Assembly (NCBI GenBank): GCA_963665235.2
Contig: CAXXLX010000001.1
Span: 3,584,001-3,648,000 of the forward strand
Length of the DNA: 64,000 nucleotides
Source of the DNA: Candidatus Poribacteria bacterium
GTDB taxonomy: Bacteria > Poribacteria > WGA-4E > WGA-3G
Direction of reading: 5' to 3'
Positions 48,406-58,785 of this stretch are shown here, piece by piece. A program made the translations under genes and the position numbers. Within the stretch, counting starts at the first letter, position 1, and each line of letters opens with the position of its first letter. Below the pieces are notes generated by a model, which saw only the letters and a program-made list of their open reading frames with translations, did not search any database and was not told the origin of the DNA.

Positions 48406-49161
48406 ATGCTTCGTGATTTGTTAAGTAGCAAGTTATTCCTTGGCTGCTTCGGACTCTTCGTCCTTTTTGCAGTTGGATGTTTCCTTTGGTATCAGCACGA
48501 AACAATGAAAATCCAAAAGGAGGGAGCGGAATCTGCCGAGATACGCCGACAATCGGAGCTGTCTCAAAAAGTAGACACTCTCAAATCAGCAGGAAAGACA
48601 GACGTTGTGAAAACCAGGGTACCGGCTCCCCAAAAACAGGAAACTCCATCGATAGAAGCAGCAACCGTTCCCGATGCTGTGACAGAGAACACATCAGACG
48701 TTCCAAAAACCGTCCTGTCAGAAACGGATGCAACAGAAAACACCGAGGTACGCGTCTCACCACACGGCCTCGGGCCCTATCCTGAAGTTCCAGAAGATTT
48801 CATTTTTGGGTCCGGACCGTGGCAGGATGGAGATTTCAGCCTTGGACAGGAATTGATTTCTCGTGTTCTTATCAAGTTGTGGAATGATGGTGATAGAAAT
48901 TTTAGGGGTGCCACCTTTGAAAACGGAAAAGTCTATGTCTATTATCCAAATCAGGTGCATGTTCGTTATGATACGGTTAAGAACCCCGATGGAACAACGA
49001 CCCGTTATATTGCAGGGTGGAGCTCTACTGGAGATATACCCCAACCGACACTAGAACAGCAGCTTAGCGGCTATATTCCACCTGCTGGGGTTGAGATCAT
49101 TGACTTAGACATCGAAGACCCCGGCATTGAACCCTACTCGTTTTTAGGATTACACAAATAA
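48406..49161 (+). CDS. Hypothetical membrane-anchored protein
   Basis: GGAGG RBS, N-terminal TM, RVSPHGLGPYPEVP, ELISRVLIKLW, C-terminal PAGVEIIDLD. Confidence 0.8.
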   Translation: MLRDLLSSKLFLGCFGLFVLFAVGCFLWYQHETMKIQKEGAESAEIRRQSELSQKVDTLKSAGKTDVVKTRVPAPQKQETPSIEAATVPDAVTENTSDVPKTVLSETDATENTEVRVSPHGLGPYPEVPEDFIFGSGPWQDGDFSLGQELISRVLIKLWNDGDRNFRGATFENGKVYVYYPNQVHVRYDTVKNPDGTTTRYIAGWSSTGDIPQPTLEQQLSGYIPPAGVEIIDLDIEDPGIEPYSFLGLHK

Positions 49162-49200
49162 AACTGATCGGACGCAAATTCAGCGAAAGGAGTCAACAAC

Positions 49201-49779
49201 ATGCTTTATAAACAGCTTTCTATACTTCTTTTACTCTCACTTACGGTTTTTCTCAATAAAGGTGCGTCGCACCCCGCAGTGGTTCGTTCTGATGTTATTC
49301 ATCTCCTTGATGGAGGCATTTATGCATGGGAAACTGCTGTTGATGAATCTCAGGGCCATAGTGAGATTTTCAGTAAAGCTCGCGCGACTAAATCCTTAAT
49401 GCCCCTCCCACCCTACGGAAAATCCCTCTACCTATACGCAAGCGCGAACGTCAAGGCAGATGAGTACGTAGTCTGGGAGAGAAAAGATGCTGACGGTTTA
49501 CTTCTACCCAGAGTGGTATTCCCTCGTGGAACCTATTATTTACACACACGTATTGACAAGAAGGACGAAAAGGGGAGATTTCGCGGTCTAAGGTATGGGC
49601 TTGAAAATACAATCATACCTTTATCCTACGCGGGTGAAATAGATAAGTCTGCATCTGTCTACTACTCCGAAATTGTCCATTCTGTTAATCTTGGCGATTA
49701 CGTCGCCTATGGCATTGGAAATGTCGTGAATACAGAACCGGACCCGCGCCGGAGCGCAGGCGCATCAGCCTCTCGGTAA
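49201..49779 (+). CDS. Secreted hypothetical protein
   Basis: AAGGAG RBS, signal-peptide-like N-terminus. Confidence 0.75.
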   Translation: MLYKQLSILLLLSLTVFLNKGASHPAVVRSDVIHLLDGGIYAWETAVDESQGHSEIFSKARATKSLMPLPPYGKSLYLYASANVKADEYVVWERKDADGLLLPRVVFPRGTYYLHTRIDKKDEKGRFRGLRYGLENTIIPLSYAGEIDKSASVYYSEIVHSVNLGDYVAYGIGNVVNTEPDPRRSAGASASR

Positions 49780-50186
49780 CGTGCTGCTAGTAGATTTGCA
49801 TAAGTCATTTTAAGTAATGTTAACTTTAAGGCAGGTAACCCTCTCGTTATCTGCCTTTTCCCTTTCAGCTTCAGCAAAACCTTGCGTAATACCTTAGTCA
49901 AAATATGCATTTCCTATTACAACACAAAGATACAGTGGAAGTGGGAACCGCGGCACGAGTTTACCATAGGCATATTGCTCTGATGGGGCGAGAGATTTAA
50001 GATGCAGCCCATGCTTCCTTTGCCTCGCAGCATACCTTGTGTATACACCAAAAACTTGATTCGACAAATTTTTGGTTGCCCCAAAATCCATGGCACCAGG
50101 GCCCCCGTGGTTCAGACAATTTCTCCTTTTCCCCCTTCTACTCAACCTTTTGACAACATATTTGGGCACTTATTGTAATATTTCAT

Positions 50187-50214
50187 TTGACATTTTTTGA
50201 GAATATGCTATACT
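50187..50214 (+). promoter_or_regulatory. Sigma70-type promoter
   Basis: TTGACA-16-TATACT with TG extension. Confidence 0.55.
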
Positions 50215-50262
50215 ATCTGATGTGAGGGGACGCGTCCGAAAAAACTACTTTCTTGTCGATAC

Positions 50263-51710
50263 CAATACCTTCACCAAAAAAAAGTTGACGAGATAGTGTA
50301 TATATCTTAAAATGATGGGTGAATCAAATAATAAAATCCTAAATAAAGGAAATTCACCCATGCAAGAGATTATATCAGTTTTATCGTTTTTGTGTCAATA
50401 TTTATGTTCAACAACGTTGCGTCAGTTATGTCGTGTAGTATTCGGTATGTTATCGATGACGGGTCGTGTGACGATGCGAAATATATCTCGTTGGACTCCG
50501 GAGGGCGGTAGTTACCGAACGGTTCAAAGACTTTTCAATACGGTCTTCCCGTGGCCTGTGCTATTTTGGGCATTTTTTCGTGAACATTTTCTGAATGTGG
50601 GTTACACCTATATTTTAGCCTGTGATGAGTGCGTAGCGTCGAAGTCAGGTTCGAAGACTTAGGGTTTAGATCGTTTTTTTCATCGGTGTATGGTAAATGT
50701 GTTAAGGGTATCTCGTTTTTTTCGGTATCGCTGGTATGTGTTGAGGAGAGAAAGTCTTATCCGATGTGTGTCCAGCAGTTAGTGCGTGGGACATCATCCG
50801 CGGGTGCTGAACCGGTGCGGGTTTCGAAAAGCGGTGGCAAACCGGGTCGTCCGAAAGGGAGCCGAAACAAGAACAAATGTGAGGTTGTTCTGGCCGATAG
50901 TTTGAAACAAGTTCAAACTATGGTGAAAGGTTTGTTAGCAGATATAGGTTGCAGTTTCCCCGTCAGTTACCTTGTGCTTGATGGTTTCTTCGGACATAAT
51001 AACGCTTTACAGATGACCAAACAGTGTGGGTTGTTTCTGATTTCCAAGTTACGCAGCAATGCTGCACTTTATTTTAGTCCTGAAAAGTCGCCTCACGGAC
51101 AGCGGGGGAGACCGGCGATTTATGGACCAACGCTTCAATCCATACCAAATAGCAGCCAAATACCGCGTCTGTATAGAGACAATAGGAAATATCACAACTG
51201 AGATTTATCAGATGCCTCTCCGAAGCAAAGCCTTCGCAGATGTGCTGAATGTCGTCTGCATTCAAAAGACGAACCTGACAACGAAACAGACATCATACGT
51301 CTTATTATTCAGCAACGACCTCGCTTTGGAAGCGGACAAAATGATTGGCTATTATGCCCTGCGTTTCCAAATAGAGTTCAACTTCCGGGATGCGAAACAG
51401 TATTGGGGATTGGCAGATTTTATGAATACCGGACAGACCCAAGTCACGAATGCACTCAACCTTTCATTATTTATGGTCAATGTCACAGAGAAACTTATGG
51501 CACCCTTTCGAAGACAGAACCCCGAGTTTAGCGTTTTAGACCTCAAAGCACACTATAGAGGGGCGAAGTATGTAGCGGAGGTATTAAAAATACTTCCGCA
51601 GGAACCTGAACTGATTGTTATTCAACAACTCAACGAACATATAGGAACCATTGGGGCCATACATCAAATACAACCCCGTATCGATACAGGGTAATTTGGT
51701 GAAGGTATTC
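50263..51710 (+). mobile_element. IS4/IS701-like insertion sequence with doubly frameshifted DDE transposase (50360-51694)
   Basis: TIRs CAATACCTTCACCAAA / TTTGGTGAAGGTATTC; ORF pieces with ACDE, VLDGFFG, YALRFQIEFNFRDAKQYWG. Confidence 0.85.
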
Positions 51711-51803
51711 ACAGGAAAATGACCCAAAAACCGGGCATTTTTGGCGAACGTATTGCGATACGAGAGGATATTCAAATGCCTGAGAAGGAGGAGGACAATC
51801 AAA

Positions 51804-53081
51804 ATGCAAACTGAAGAAAACAGGTCCCATCATCAGAAGTACATTGTTATTGTTGGTGAGTCATCCGATACCCTGAAAAGTTTAAGCAATTTCCTTGAAC
51901 AGAACGGGTATGAAGTCTCTATCGATGCAGAGGGCAGTGATATACTGCGTCAACTTGTGAGCACAAATCCAGGTGTGCATCTGTATCTATTAGCACCTCA
52001 GGTCATGTCTACCTCTCCTGTGGTGCAGAAAGAGAAAGACGAAGCACTTTCTACAAGAAATCTATTGCACGGGGATTACACAGAAATCGTAGGTGAAAGT
52101 TCACAACTTTTTAAAGTTTTCACCCAAATTGAGCAGGTTGCACATACGGATGCAAAGGTGCACATTTATGGCGAGACAGGAACTGGCAAAGAGTTGGTAG
52201 CGCGTGCCTTGCACCGAAACAGCAATCGCTCGGGGGAAGCGATGGTTACTGTCAATTGTGCTGCATTTCCAGAGAACTTGATGGAAGATGAACTCTTTGG
52301 GCATGAAAAGGGGGCCTTTACCGGTGCAAACACACAACGTATCGGTAAGTTTGAAAGAGCGCATAAAGGGACGTTATTCCTTGATGAAATCGGGGCGATG
52401 CCGCTCTCACTTCAACCGAAGTTGTTACGGGTGGTTGAGGCAGGTGAGATTGAACGCATCGGGGCCGAAAAACCAATTCCGGTGGATGTCAGAATTGTGT
52501 CAGCTACTAACCAAAACCTTCAGCAAGCTGTTGAAAACGGTATGTTCCGCGAGGACCTCTATTATCGGTTAAATGTATTTTCTATCTTCTTACCCCCTTT
52601 GCGAGAACGGAGACAGGACATTCGCTGTTTAGCTGAACACTTTTTAAAAAAATATAACGAAAACTCTAAGCAAACACATCGTAAAATAGCATTGCAGACG
52701 CATATTTTGCTCCAAAACTACGCCTGGCCCGGAAATGTCCGCGAACTTGAGAACGCCATGAAAAGCGCGGTTATTCGTGCACAGGGCGGAGATATTTTAC
52801 CAGAACACTTTCTGGAAAGAATATGGACAAGGCAATCGAGGAACCTGGACTTATCGGGGGAGAGACAAATCCCTGGAGCAGAACGCACACTCAGTCTTCC
52901 TATCGGAACATCCATGAAACAGATAGAGAAAGCATTTATCTTGAACACTTTAGCAGAAATGGATGGAAATCGCACGAAAACCGCAGCGGTACTGCAAATT
53001 AGCTTGCGTTCGTTGCAAAACAAATTAAAAACTTACTCTCAAAGGGAGGAAGTAGACAAGCACAGAGACCTACCCTTGTAG
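51804..53081 (+). CDS. Sigma54-dependent transcriptional activator (degenerate receiver)
   Basis: GETGTGKE, DELFGHEKGAFTGA, WPGNVRELEN, HTH; N-domain lacks canonical acidic pocket. Confidence 0.92.
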   Translation: MQTEENRSHHQKYIVIVGESSDTLKSLSNFLEQNGYEVSIDAEGSDILRQLVSTNPGVHLYLLAPQVMSTSPVVQKEKDEALSTRNLLHGDYTEIVGESSQLFKVFTQIEQVAHTDAKVHIYGETGTGKELVARALHRNSNRSGEAMVTVNCAAFPENLMEDELFGHEKGAFTGANTQRIGKFERAHKGTLFLDEIGAMPLSLQPKLLRVVEAGEIERIGAEKPIPVDVRIVSATNQNLQQAVENGMFREDLYYRLNVFSIFLPPLRERRQDIRCLAEHFLKKYNENSKQTHRKIALQTHILLQNYAWPGNVRELENAMKSAVIRAQGGDILPEHFLERIWTRQSRNLDLSGERQIPGAERTLSLPIGTSMKQIEKAFILNTLAEMDGNRTKTAAVLQISLRSLQNKLKTYSQREEVDKHRDLPL

Positions 53082-53097
53082 TAGAAGGAGTTTACCC

Positions 53098-54369
53098 ATG
53101 AAAGTCACAAATGTAGAACGGGTCATCGTTGATGTGCCCTTTACATCACGTCAACAAGAAATTACGACCCAAAGCGTCTCAACTGTTTACAACTGGTCAC
53201 TTCTCGAACTGTGCAAGGTGACGACAGACACTGGACATATCGGATGGGGGGAGACCGTCATCCACTATACCTACCGCCGCGTGAGTGACGGAAGCGTGCA
53301 ACGCGTGCTTGGACAGAGTCCCGCGGCACACATGAACGACGATTCACTCGGTGCTGGACTACAGATGGCACTCTTTGATGTCGTCGGTAAAATCTTAGAG
53401 GTGCCAGTTTATCAACTGCTCGGCACACAGTGTCGCGAGGCTGTGCCTATCTCATGGTGGAGCATCGATGCATCACCGGAGAATTGGGCAGCGGAAGCAG
53501 CGGAAGCAGTGGAGAAGGGGTATACCAGCTTTAAAAACAAACCGCGCCCCTGGTGGGATATTGTCAAGCAGGTGGAGGCGGTCGCTGAAGTCGTTCCCAC
53601 TGACTTCAAATTGGATTTAGACCCGAACGCCTCGCTGCGTGATGCTGCGACCGCTATCCCAATTCTGCGAAAACTCGCCGCCCACCCAAACGTAGCCATC
53701 TTTGAATCTCCAATTCCGCAGAGCGATGTGGAAGGGAATAAACAGATTCGGCAAACGATTGATTGTCCAATTGCGATGCATTTCGGGTCACCGCCCTATA
53801 CCACCTGTGTGCGTGAAGACGTATGCAACGGTTTTGTCATCGGTGGGGGCAAGTCGCAGGTGATGCGTGAGGGATACCTCAGCGCAGCAGCGGATATGCC
53901 GTTTTGGCTCCAAATCGTCGGCAACGGTCTGACGACAACCTGGGCCGCGCACCTCGGAAGCGTGCTCACCCATGCCACTTGGCCAGCAATTACCTGTATC
54001 AATCTTTACAGCGAACATCTGCTCACAAAACCGATTCAAGTTTCAGAGGGGGGCCATACCGTTCCCGATTCACCCGGCTTAGGGGTTGAGGTGGATGAAG
54101 CGGCGATAGAACGTTTCCGTGTGCCTACTGAAAAATTGGATGCAGATGGTTACACCATTCACCCGGAACCGCGGATACTCAAGACAGCCGTTTATCCGGA
54201 TGGAAGTTGTATCCATATAGCCGGCGACGGTTTGAGCTATTTCAACGCAGGAAACGGCCACGCTTATGTTGAAGGCGCACGGCTTGAACTCACCTTTGAC
54301 GATGGCACAAAAGAATGGACGGACCTGTTTGAGAAGGCGCGGGAAACACCCGTGCATGCACAGTGGTAA
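53098..54369 (+). CDS. Mandelate racemase/muconate lactonizing enzyme family protein
   Basis: GWGE, PVYQLLG, FKNK, LDPN, FESP, PGLGVEVD. Confidence 0.88.
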   Translation: MKVTNVERVIVDVPFTSRQQEITTQSVSTVYNWSLLELCKVTTDTGHIGWGETVIHYTYRRVSDGSVQRVLGQSPAAHMNDDSLGAGLQMALFDVVGKILEVPVYQLLGTQCREAVPISWWSIDASPENWAAEAAEAVEKGYTSFKNKPRPWWDIVKQVEAVAEVVPTDFKLDLDPNASLRDAATAIPILRKLAAHPNVAIFESPIPQSDVEGNKQIRQTIDCPIAMHFGSPPYTTCVREDVCNGFVIGGGKSQVMREGYLSAAADMPFWLQIVGNGLTTTWAAHLGSVLTHATWPAITCINLYSEHLLTKPIQVSEGGHTVPDSPGLGVEVDEAAIERFRVPTEKLDADGYTIHPEPRILKTAVYPDGSCIHIAGDGLSYFNAGNGHAYVEGARLELTFDDGTKEWTDLFEKARETPVHAQW

Positions 54370-54391
54370 GCGAAAGTCGAGGACACACAAA

Positions 54392-54420
54392 TTGACATAA
54401 GTTGCGAAATAGGGTACTAT
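54392..54420 (+). promoter_or_regulatory. Sigma70-type promoter
   Basis: TTGACA-17-TACTAT. Confidence 0.55.
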
Positions 54421-54455
54421 TAAACGAAATAGCACTTACATGATAGGAGGGATTA

Positions 54456-55613
54456 GTGAAAACATATCGCGTTGCTATCTTAGGATGCCGGAGCCGCGGC
54501 ACGTCCGCAGCAAAGGCATATCATGCGCATCCGCGCACAGAAATCGTGGCACTCTGCGACCTCGTTCAGGAACGGTTAGAAGCACTCGGTAATCTCGTGA
54601 ACGTCTCAACGCATTTCACAGATTTGGACGAGATGATTCAGCAGACCGCCCCAGATATTGTTGTAATCCCGACAGCAACAAATCTGCATTATCCGCTTTG
54701 CATGCGTGTCCTTGAACACGGCGTGAACATTGAAGTAGAGAAACCGCTCTGCGTTGATTTAGTCCAAGCGGATGCAATTATAGCGAAAGCGGAAGAGAAA
54801 AACGCCCGCGTTGTCGTCCATCATCAACGGCGGGTCGGCCCGACGATGCAGGCAGTTGCAAAAGCGGTTGAAGAAGGAAAAATCGGCCAGCTACGGTATA
54901 TCTATGCCAGCGGCAAAGGGTATTATGCTGGCTACGGGTTGATGAACATCGGCACACATGTTGTCAACAATATGCTCCGTTTCGGCGGGCATTGTCGGAG
55001 CGTTGTAACACAGGCAACCGCAGGTGGGCGTTCACTCATGCCTGAAGATGTTATCCCCTCCCCAGCTGGCATGGGAACAGTTGCTGGCGAATACACGACC
55101 TCAACGTTTCAGTTCGATGGAAATGTCACGGGCACCCTGATTCAACACCGTTTTCCAAAGGTGGATACCGATGCGTATGTCATGGAACTCTACGGCACTG
55201 AAGGCAGACTCTTCTGGTCTGAACTGAAAGGTTCATGGTGGTTACCTACACCCCACTTTGTTCCGGATGGTACACATGACCGATGGGAAAAACTTGCCCC
55301 TATCCATCCCGAAAGTTTTGACGCGGGTAAAGGGGCAGATGCTGATGACTACGGTATCGTTGAAGAATATGTGAACGCGCTCGACGAGAACCGCGAACAC
55401 GAATGCAGCGGAGAAGAGGGCCGCCACGTCATTGAAATACTCATGGGTATCTTTGAGTCTGCTATCTACGGCATACGGGTAGACCTGCCACAGAAAAACC
55501 GGGAGCACCCTTTGCTAAAATGGCGAGATGAGCTTGGACTCGGTGCCCCGAACGAGATGCCGCGCGACTACGGCAGCTGGTTATCACAAGAGGATAAACG
55601 GTTGTACCGATAA
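54456..55613 (+). CDS. Gfo/Idh/MocA-family oxidoreductase
   Basis: VAILGCRSRG, EVEKPL, HQRR, GTH, YGTEG. Confidence 0.9.
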   Translation: MKTYRVAILGCRSRGTSAAKAYHAHPRTEIVALCDLVQERLEALGNLVNVSTHFTDLDEMIQQTAPDIVVIPTATNLHYPLCMRVLEHGVNIEVEKPLCVDLVQADAIIAKAEEKNARVVVHHQRRVGPTMQAVAKAVEEGKIGQLRYIYASGKGYYAGYGLMNIGTHVVNNMLRFGGHCRSVVTQATAGGRSLMPEDVIPSPAGMGTVAGEYTTSTFQFDGNVTGTLIQHRFPKVDTDAYVMELYGTEGRLFWSELKGSWWLPTPHFVPDGTHDRWEKLAPIHPESFDAGKGADADDYGIVEEYVNALDENREHECSGEEGRHVIEILMGIFESAIYGIRVDLPQKNREHPLLKWRDELGLGAPNEMPRDYGSWLSQEDKRLYR

Positions 55614-55671
55614 CTAAGGACATCGTAGCAACATCCCGGTCAATGCAAAATGTTTAGAGGAGGAGTAATTT

Positions 55672-56478
55672 ATGCCAAATCCTACGACGAATGCTGACAA
55701 TTTATCGCCAATACCGTTGACAGAAGAACAGAGATTTCTCTTTGACACCCGCGGCTGGTTATTAATTCCGGGCGTGTTAAGCGAAACAGAGGTCAAAGAG
55801 ATGCGCGAATTCTGTTATCAACTTAAACGGGAACCGGAAACAATCCCAGAACATCATCGTTCCTCCATCGGAGGTCCCCTGGAATCGTTGACAGACCACC
55901 CGGTTGTGTTCGGTTTCATGAACGAATTTTTGACATCCGGGTACGCGAACGAGAACTGCTACGGTTTCCGGTTGGAGGGCACATTCCTTACAATCCGCGG
56001 AAACGGACACGACAACTTTCGACCGCACGGGGGCCGCGGGATGCTCAATTTTCCGGGCAACTCACACACGTATCACTTACATCATGATAGAGCACACAGC
56101 GGTTTGACGAGAGTCGTCTGGGAACTAAACCCTGTTAAAGAACGTGGCGGCGGAACGATGTTCCTGACCGGCAGCCATAAAGGTGCGTTTCCGTCCCCCA
56201 AATCAACTGCCGACAGGAATTCGCCGCTATGGGAGGATTACAATTGTCCCGCTGGTTCAGTCCTTATTTTTACGGAAGCCATCACGCATACCGGCGCGAA
56301 ATGGACAGACGACACGGTTGACCGCGTTGCAATTTTTCACTGCTATAATACCGTCGGCAACAAGTGGCACAAGTGGCAGCCGCATCCGAAACATGTCGAA
56401 GAGATGCCGTTCAAACGTCAGACGCTTTTCCGTCCGGTGTATTGTCAGGATAATACGCCAACGTTGGATGCAGTGTAG
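55672..56478 (+). CDS. Phytanoyl-CoA dioxygenase (PhyH) family protein
   Basis: FDTRGWLLIPGVL, GSHK, PAGSVLIFTEAITH. Confidence 0.85.
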   Translation: MPNPTTNADNLSPIPLTEEQRFLFDTRGWLLIPGVLSETEVKEMREFCYQLKREPETIPEHHRSSIGGPLESLTDHPVVFGFMNEFLTSGYANENCYGFRLEGTFLTIRGNGHDNFRPHGGRGMLNFPGNSHTYHLHHDRAHSGLTRVVWELNPVKERGGGTMFLTGSHKGAFPSPKSTADRNSPLWEDYNCPAGSVLIFTEAITHTGAKWTDDTVDRVAIFHCYNTVGNKWHKWQPHPKHVEEMPFKRQTLFRPVYCQDNTPTLDAV

Positions 56479-56518
56479 TTCCCCCGCGTTTGTTTATTAG
56501 GGGACGGGTCCCAAAAAT

Positions 56519-56547
56519 TTGACAGGACCGGCGGATTTTGGTATAAT
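56519..56547 (+). promoter_or_regulatory. Consensus sigma70 promoter of Rpn gene
   Basis: TTGACA-17-TATAAT. Confidence 0.7.
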
Positions 56548-56573
56548 ACATTAGATCCGTATAACCGAAAAGG

Positions 56574-57572
56574 ATGTTCTCTATGATGATAGGAAATGTA
56601 AATCCGCCACTAATACGCGAACGGAAAATCATATTGCCCGATAGGCAACTTGTCCTTCCAAAGCGGTTCGACCATGTCACAAAACGGCGCATCCGCAGGG
56701 ACCCCCAGGGCTTCCTTGCAAATATCCTCGGCATAGAGACTGAAGCGTCTGAAATCATTGAAACCGAACAGCTTTCAATGAAGACACACCTTGCCGATAG
56801 CTTCATACTTGTGACTATTGGCGGGAAACAAGCGATTGTGCACTGTGAGTTTCAGACACACGATAGTAGAGACGTGCCGATGCCGTTCCGCATGGCTGGT
56901 TACATCGGCACGGGTATTGAGGCTTACAAACTCCCTATCTATTCTCATGTCATCTATCTGCATCCAAAAGCAGGAGCTACCGACCCGGGGCAATACGTAC
57001 AGGAAATTCCGGGGTATAATATTTTTATCCAATATCGCGTGCTTAGACTCGCGAAAATTGATGGACAACCCCTTCTAGATGCGAATCGGATAGGGCTTGT
57101 TCCGTTCGCTATATTGATGAAACCGCCTGCACAGGTAGATATGCCGGAATGGATTCGACGATGTGTGCGGACAGTTGAGGCAAGTTCACAAGATGAATCA
57201 CAGAAAATAGAGTCGCTCGCAGACCTAGCTATTCTGGGCGGCTTAGCCCACGAGTATGAAAGTATTCGTGAAATTATAATGGAGGAAGCCGTGCAAGAAT
57301 CTTCTACCATCCAATACTTTACTGAAAAAGGGTTCGAACAAGGACGAGAAGAAGGCATTCAACTCGGTATCCAGCAAGCCGAAAAAATGAGTATCCGCAA
57401 AGTCGTGCTAGCGACATTAGCTGCGAAATTTGAACCCGATGTAGCGGACACGTTAAAACCGCACCTTGAGGTCATTGACGATATTGAACGTCTGAATGCG
57501 CTCATAGAAGCCGCCGTACAAGCAGATAGCCTTGATGACTTCACACGCGCCTTGCTCGGCCTCAAAAACTGA
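56574..57572 (+). CDS. Rpn-family (PD-(D/E)XK-like) protein
   Basis: FDHVTK, LADSF, HCEFQT, MPFRMAGY, VIYL, C-terminal EQGREEGIQLG; start uncertain. Confidence 0.85.
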   Translation: MFSMMIGNVNPPLIRERKIILPDRQLVLPKRFDHVTKRRIRRDPQGFLANILGIETEASEIIETEQLSMKTHLADSFILVTIGGKQAIVHCEFQTHDSRDVPMPFRMAGYIGTGIEAYKLPIYSHVIYLHPKAGATDPGQYVQEIPGYNIFIQYRVLRLAKIDGQPLLDANRIGLVPFAILMKPPAQVDMPEWIRRCVRTVEASSQDESQKIESLADLAILGGLAHEYESIREIIMEEAVQESSTIQYFTEKGFEQGREEGIQLGIQQAEKMSIRKVVLATLAAKFEPDVADTLKPHLEVIDDIERLNALIEAAVQADSLDDFTRALLGLKN

Positions 57573-57594
57573 ATTCGATAAGAGGCAGGATAAA

Positions 57595-58728
57595 ATGGAA
57601 ATTACTGAAGTCAAATCGTTTGTTTCATCAACAGGACATTTCTTCGTCAAGGTAGAAACCGATGCCGGTATATTCGGCCTTGGGGAGGGAGGTTTACGCC
57701 GCCGCGCCCTTGCCTTAGCTGAGGTCGTTCGCTCGTTTGAACCCTTCCTTATCGGTGCTGACCCGTTTCAGATTGAGCATCTGTGGCAGGTCATGTTCCG
57801 TGGTGGATTCTTCCCGGGTGGTGTCGTTCAATCGGCAGCGGTCAGTGCTGTAGATATTGCACTGTGGGACATCAAGGGAAAGGCACTAAATGTCCCTGTT
57901 TATGAGCTGTTAGGCGGGCGCACAAGAGACAAGGTCGTCTGCTATCCGCATAATGGCGGCGGTACAATTGATGCCCTCGTTGAGAGCTGCCGTCAAACGC
58001 ACGAGGCTGGTTGGAAATTTGTACGATGGGGGTTAGCAGATAGTGCCGGCGGGGGAACATTTGAACCGAGACGCGCTGTGCAATACGGCATCCAACAGGT
58101 GCAGGCAGTCCGTGAAGCATTAGGCGATGCTGTTGAAATTCTCGTCGATGTGCACACCCGTCTTGACCCCGCAGACAGTCTCGAATTTTGTAAGAAGGTT
58201 GAGCCCTATACCCCATTTTTCATCGAAGACCCGCTTCGGAGCGAAAACCCGGCAAGCCTTAAACGTCTTCGCCAACAGACCTCTGTCCCGATTGCTGTCG
58301 GCGAGCAATTTGATAGCAAATGGGCATTCCGACAAGCAATTGAAGAGGACCTGATGGATTATTGTCGTGTTGACGTGTGTATTGCTGGAGGTTTGACAGA
58401 AGCGCGTAAAATTGCTGGTTGGTGCGAAACGCATTATATCCATTTGGCACCACACAATCCGCTCGGGCCGGTTTCTACGGCAGCGTGTCTGCATCTCTGT
58501 TTATCATCCTCACTTGTCGGTGTGCAGGAGCTCCCGCGCGCGCCGATGTCTTCACTAACGGATGTGTTCCCAGTGCAGGTACCGTTTGAAGCGGGGTACC
58601 TCTTACCGCCTGAAGCCCCCGGGCTCGGTATTGAATTCAACGAAGCAGCACTCACCGATGTATCAACACAAGAATATGGGGCCCCTTACGGTTATCAACG
58701 CGATGACGGTTCTTATACCAACTGGTAG
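57595..58728 (+). CDS. Galactonate dehydratase-like enolase-superfamily protein
   Basis: SAVDIALWDIKGK, VDVHTRL, FIEDP, VGEQ, PHNPLGP, DGSYTNW. Confidence 0.9.
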   Translation: MEITEVKSFVSSTGHFFVKVETDAGIFGLGEGGLRRRALALAEVVRSFEPFLIGADPFQIEHLWQVMFRGGFFPGGVVQSAAVSAVDIALWDIKGKALNVPVYELLGGRTRDKVVCYPHNGGGTIDALVESCRQTHEAGWKFVRWGLADSAGGGTFEPRRAVQYGIQQVQAVREALGDAVEILVDVHTRLDPADSLEFCKKVEPYTPFFIEDPLRSENPASLKRLRQQTSVPIAVGEQFDSKWAFRQAIEEDLMDYCRVDVCIAGGLTEARKIAGWCETHYIHLAPHNPLGPVSTAACLHLCLSSSLVGVQELPRAPMSSLTDVFPVQVPFEAGYLLPPEAPGLGIEFNEAALTDVSTQEYGAPYGYQRDDGSYTNW

Positions 58729-58785
58729 GGAAAAGTTTTTTGAGTGGATTCAACTTGGAAAAACCCGACAAAAAGGAGAAATATT

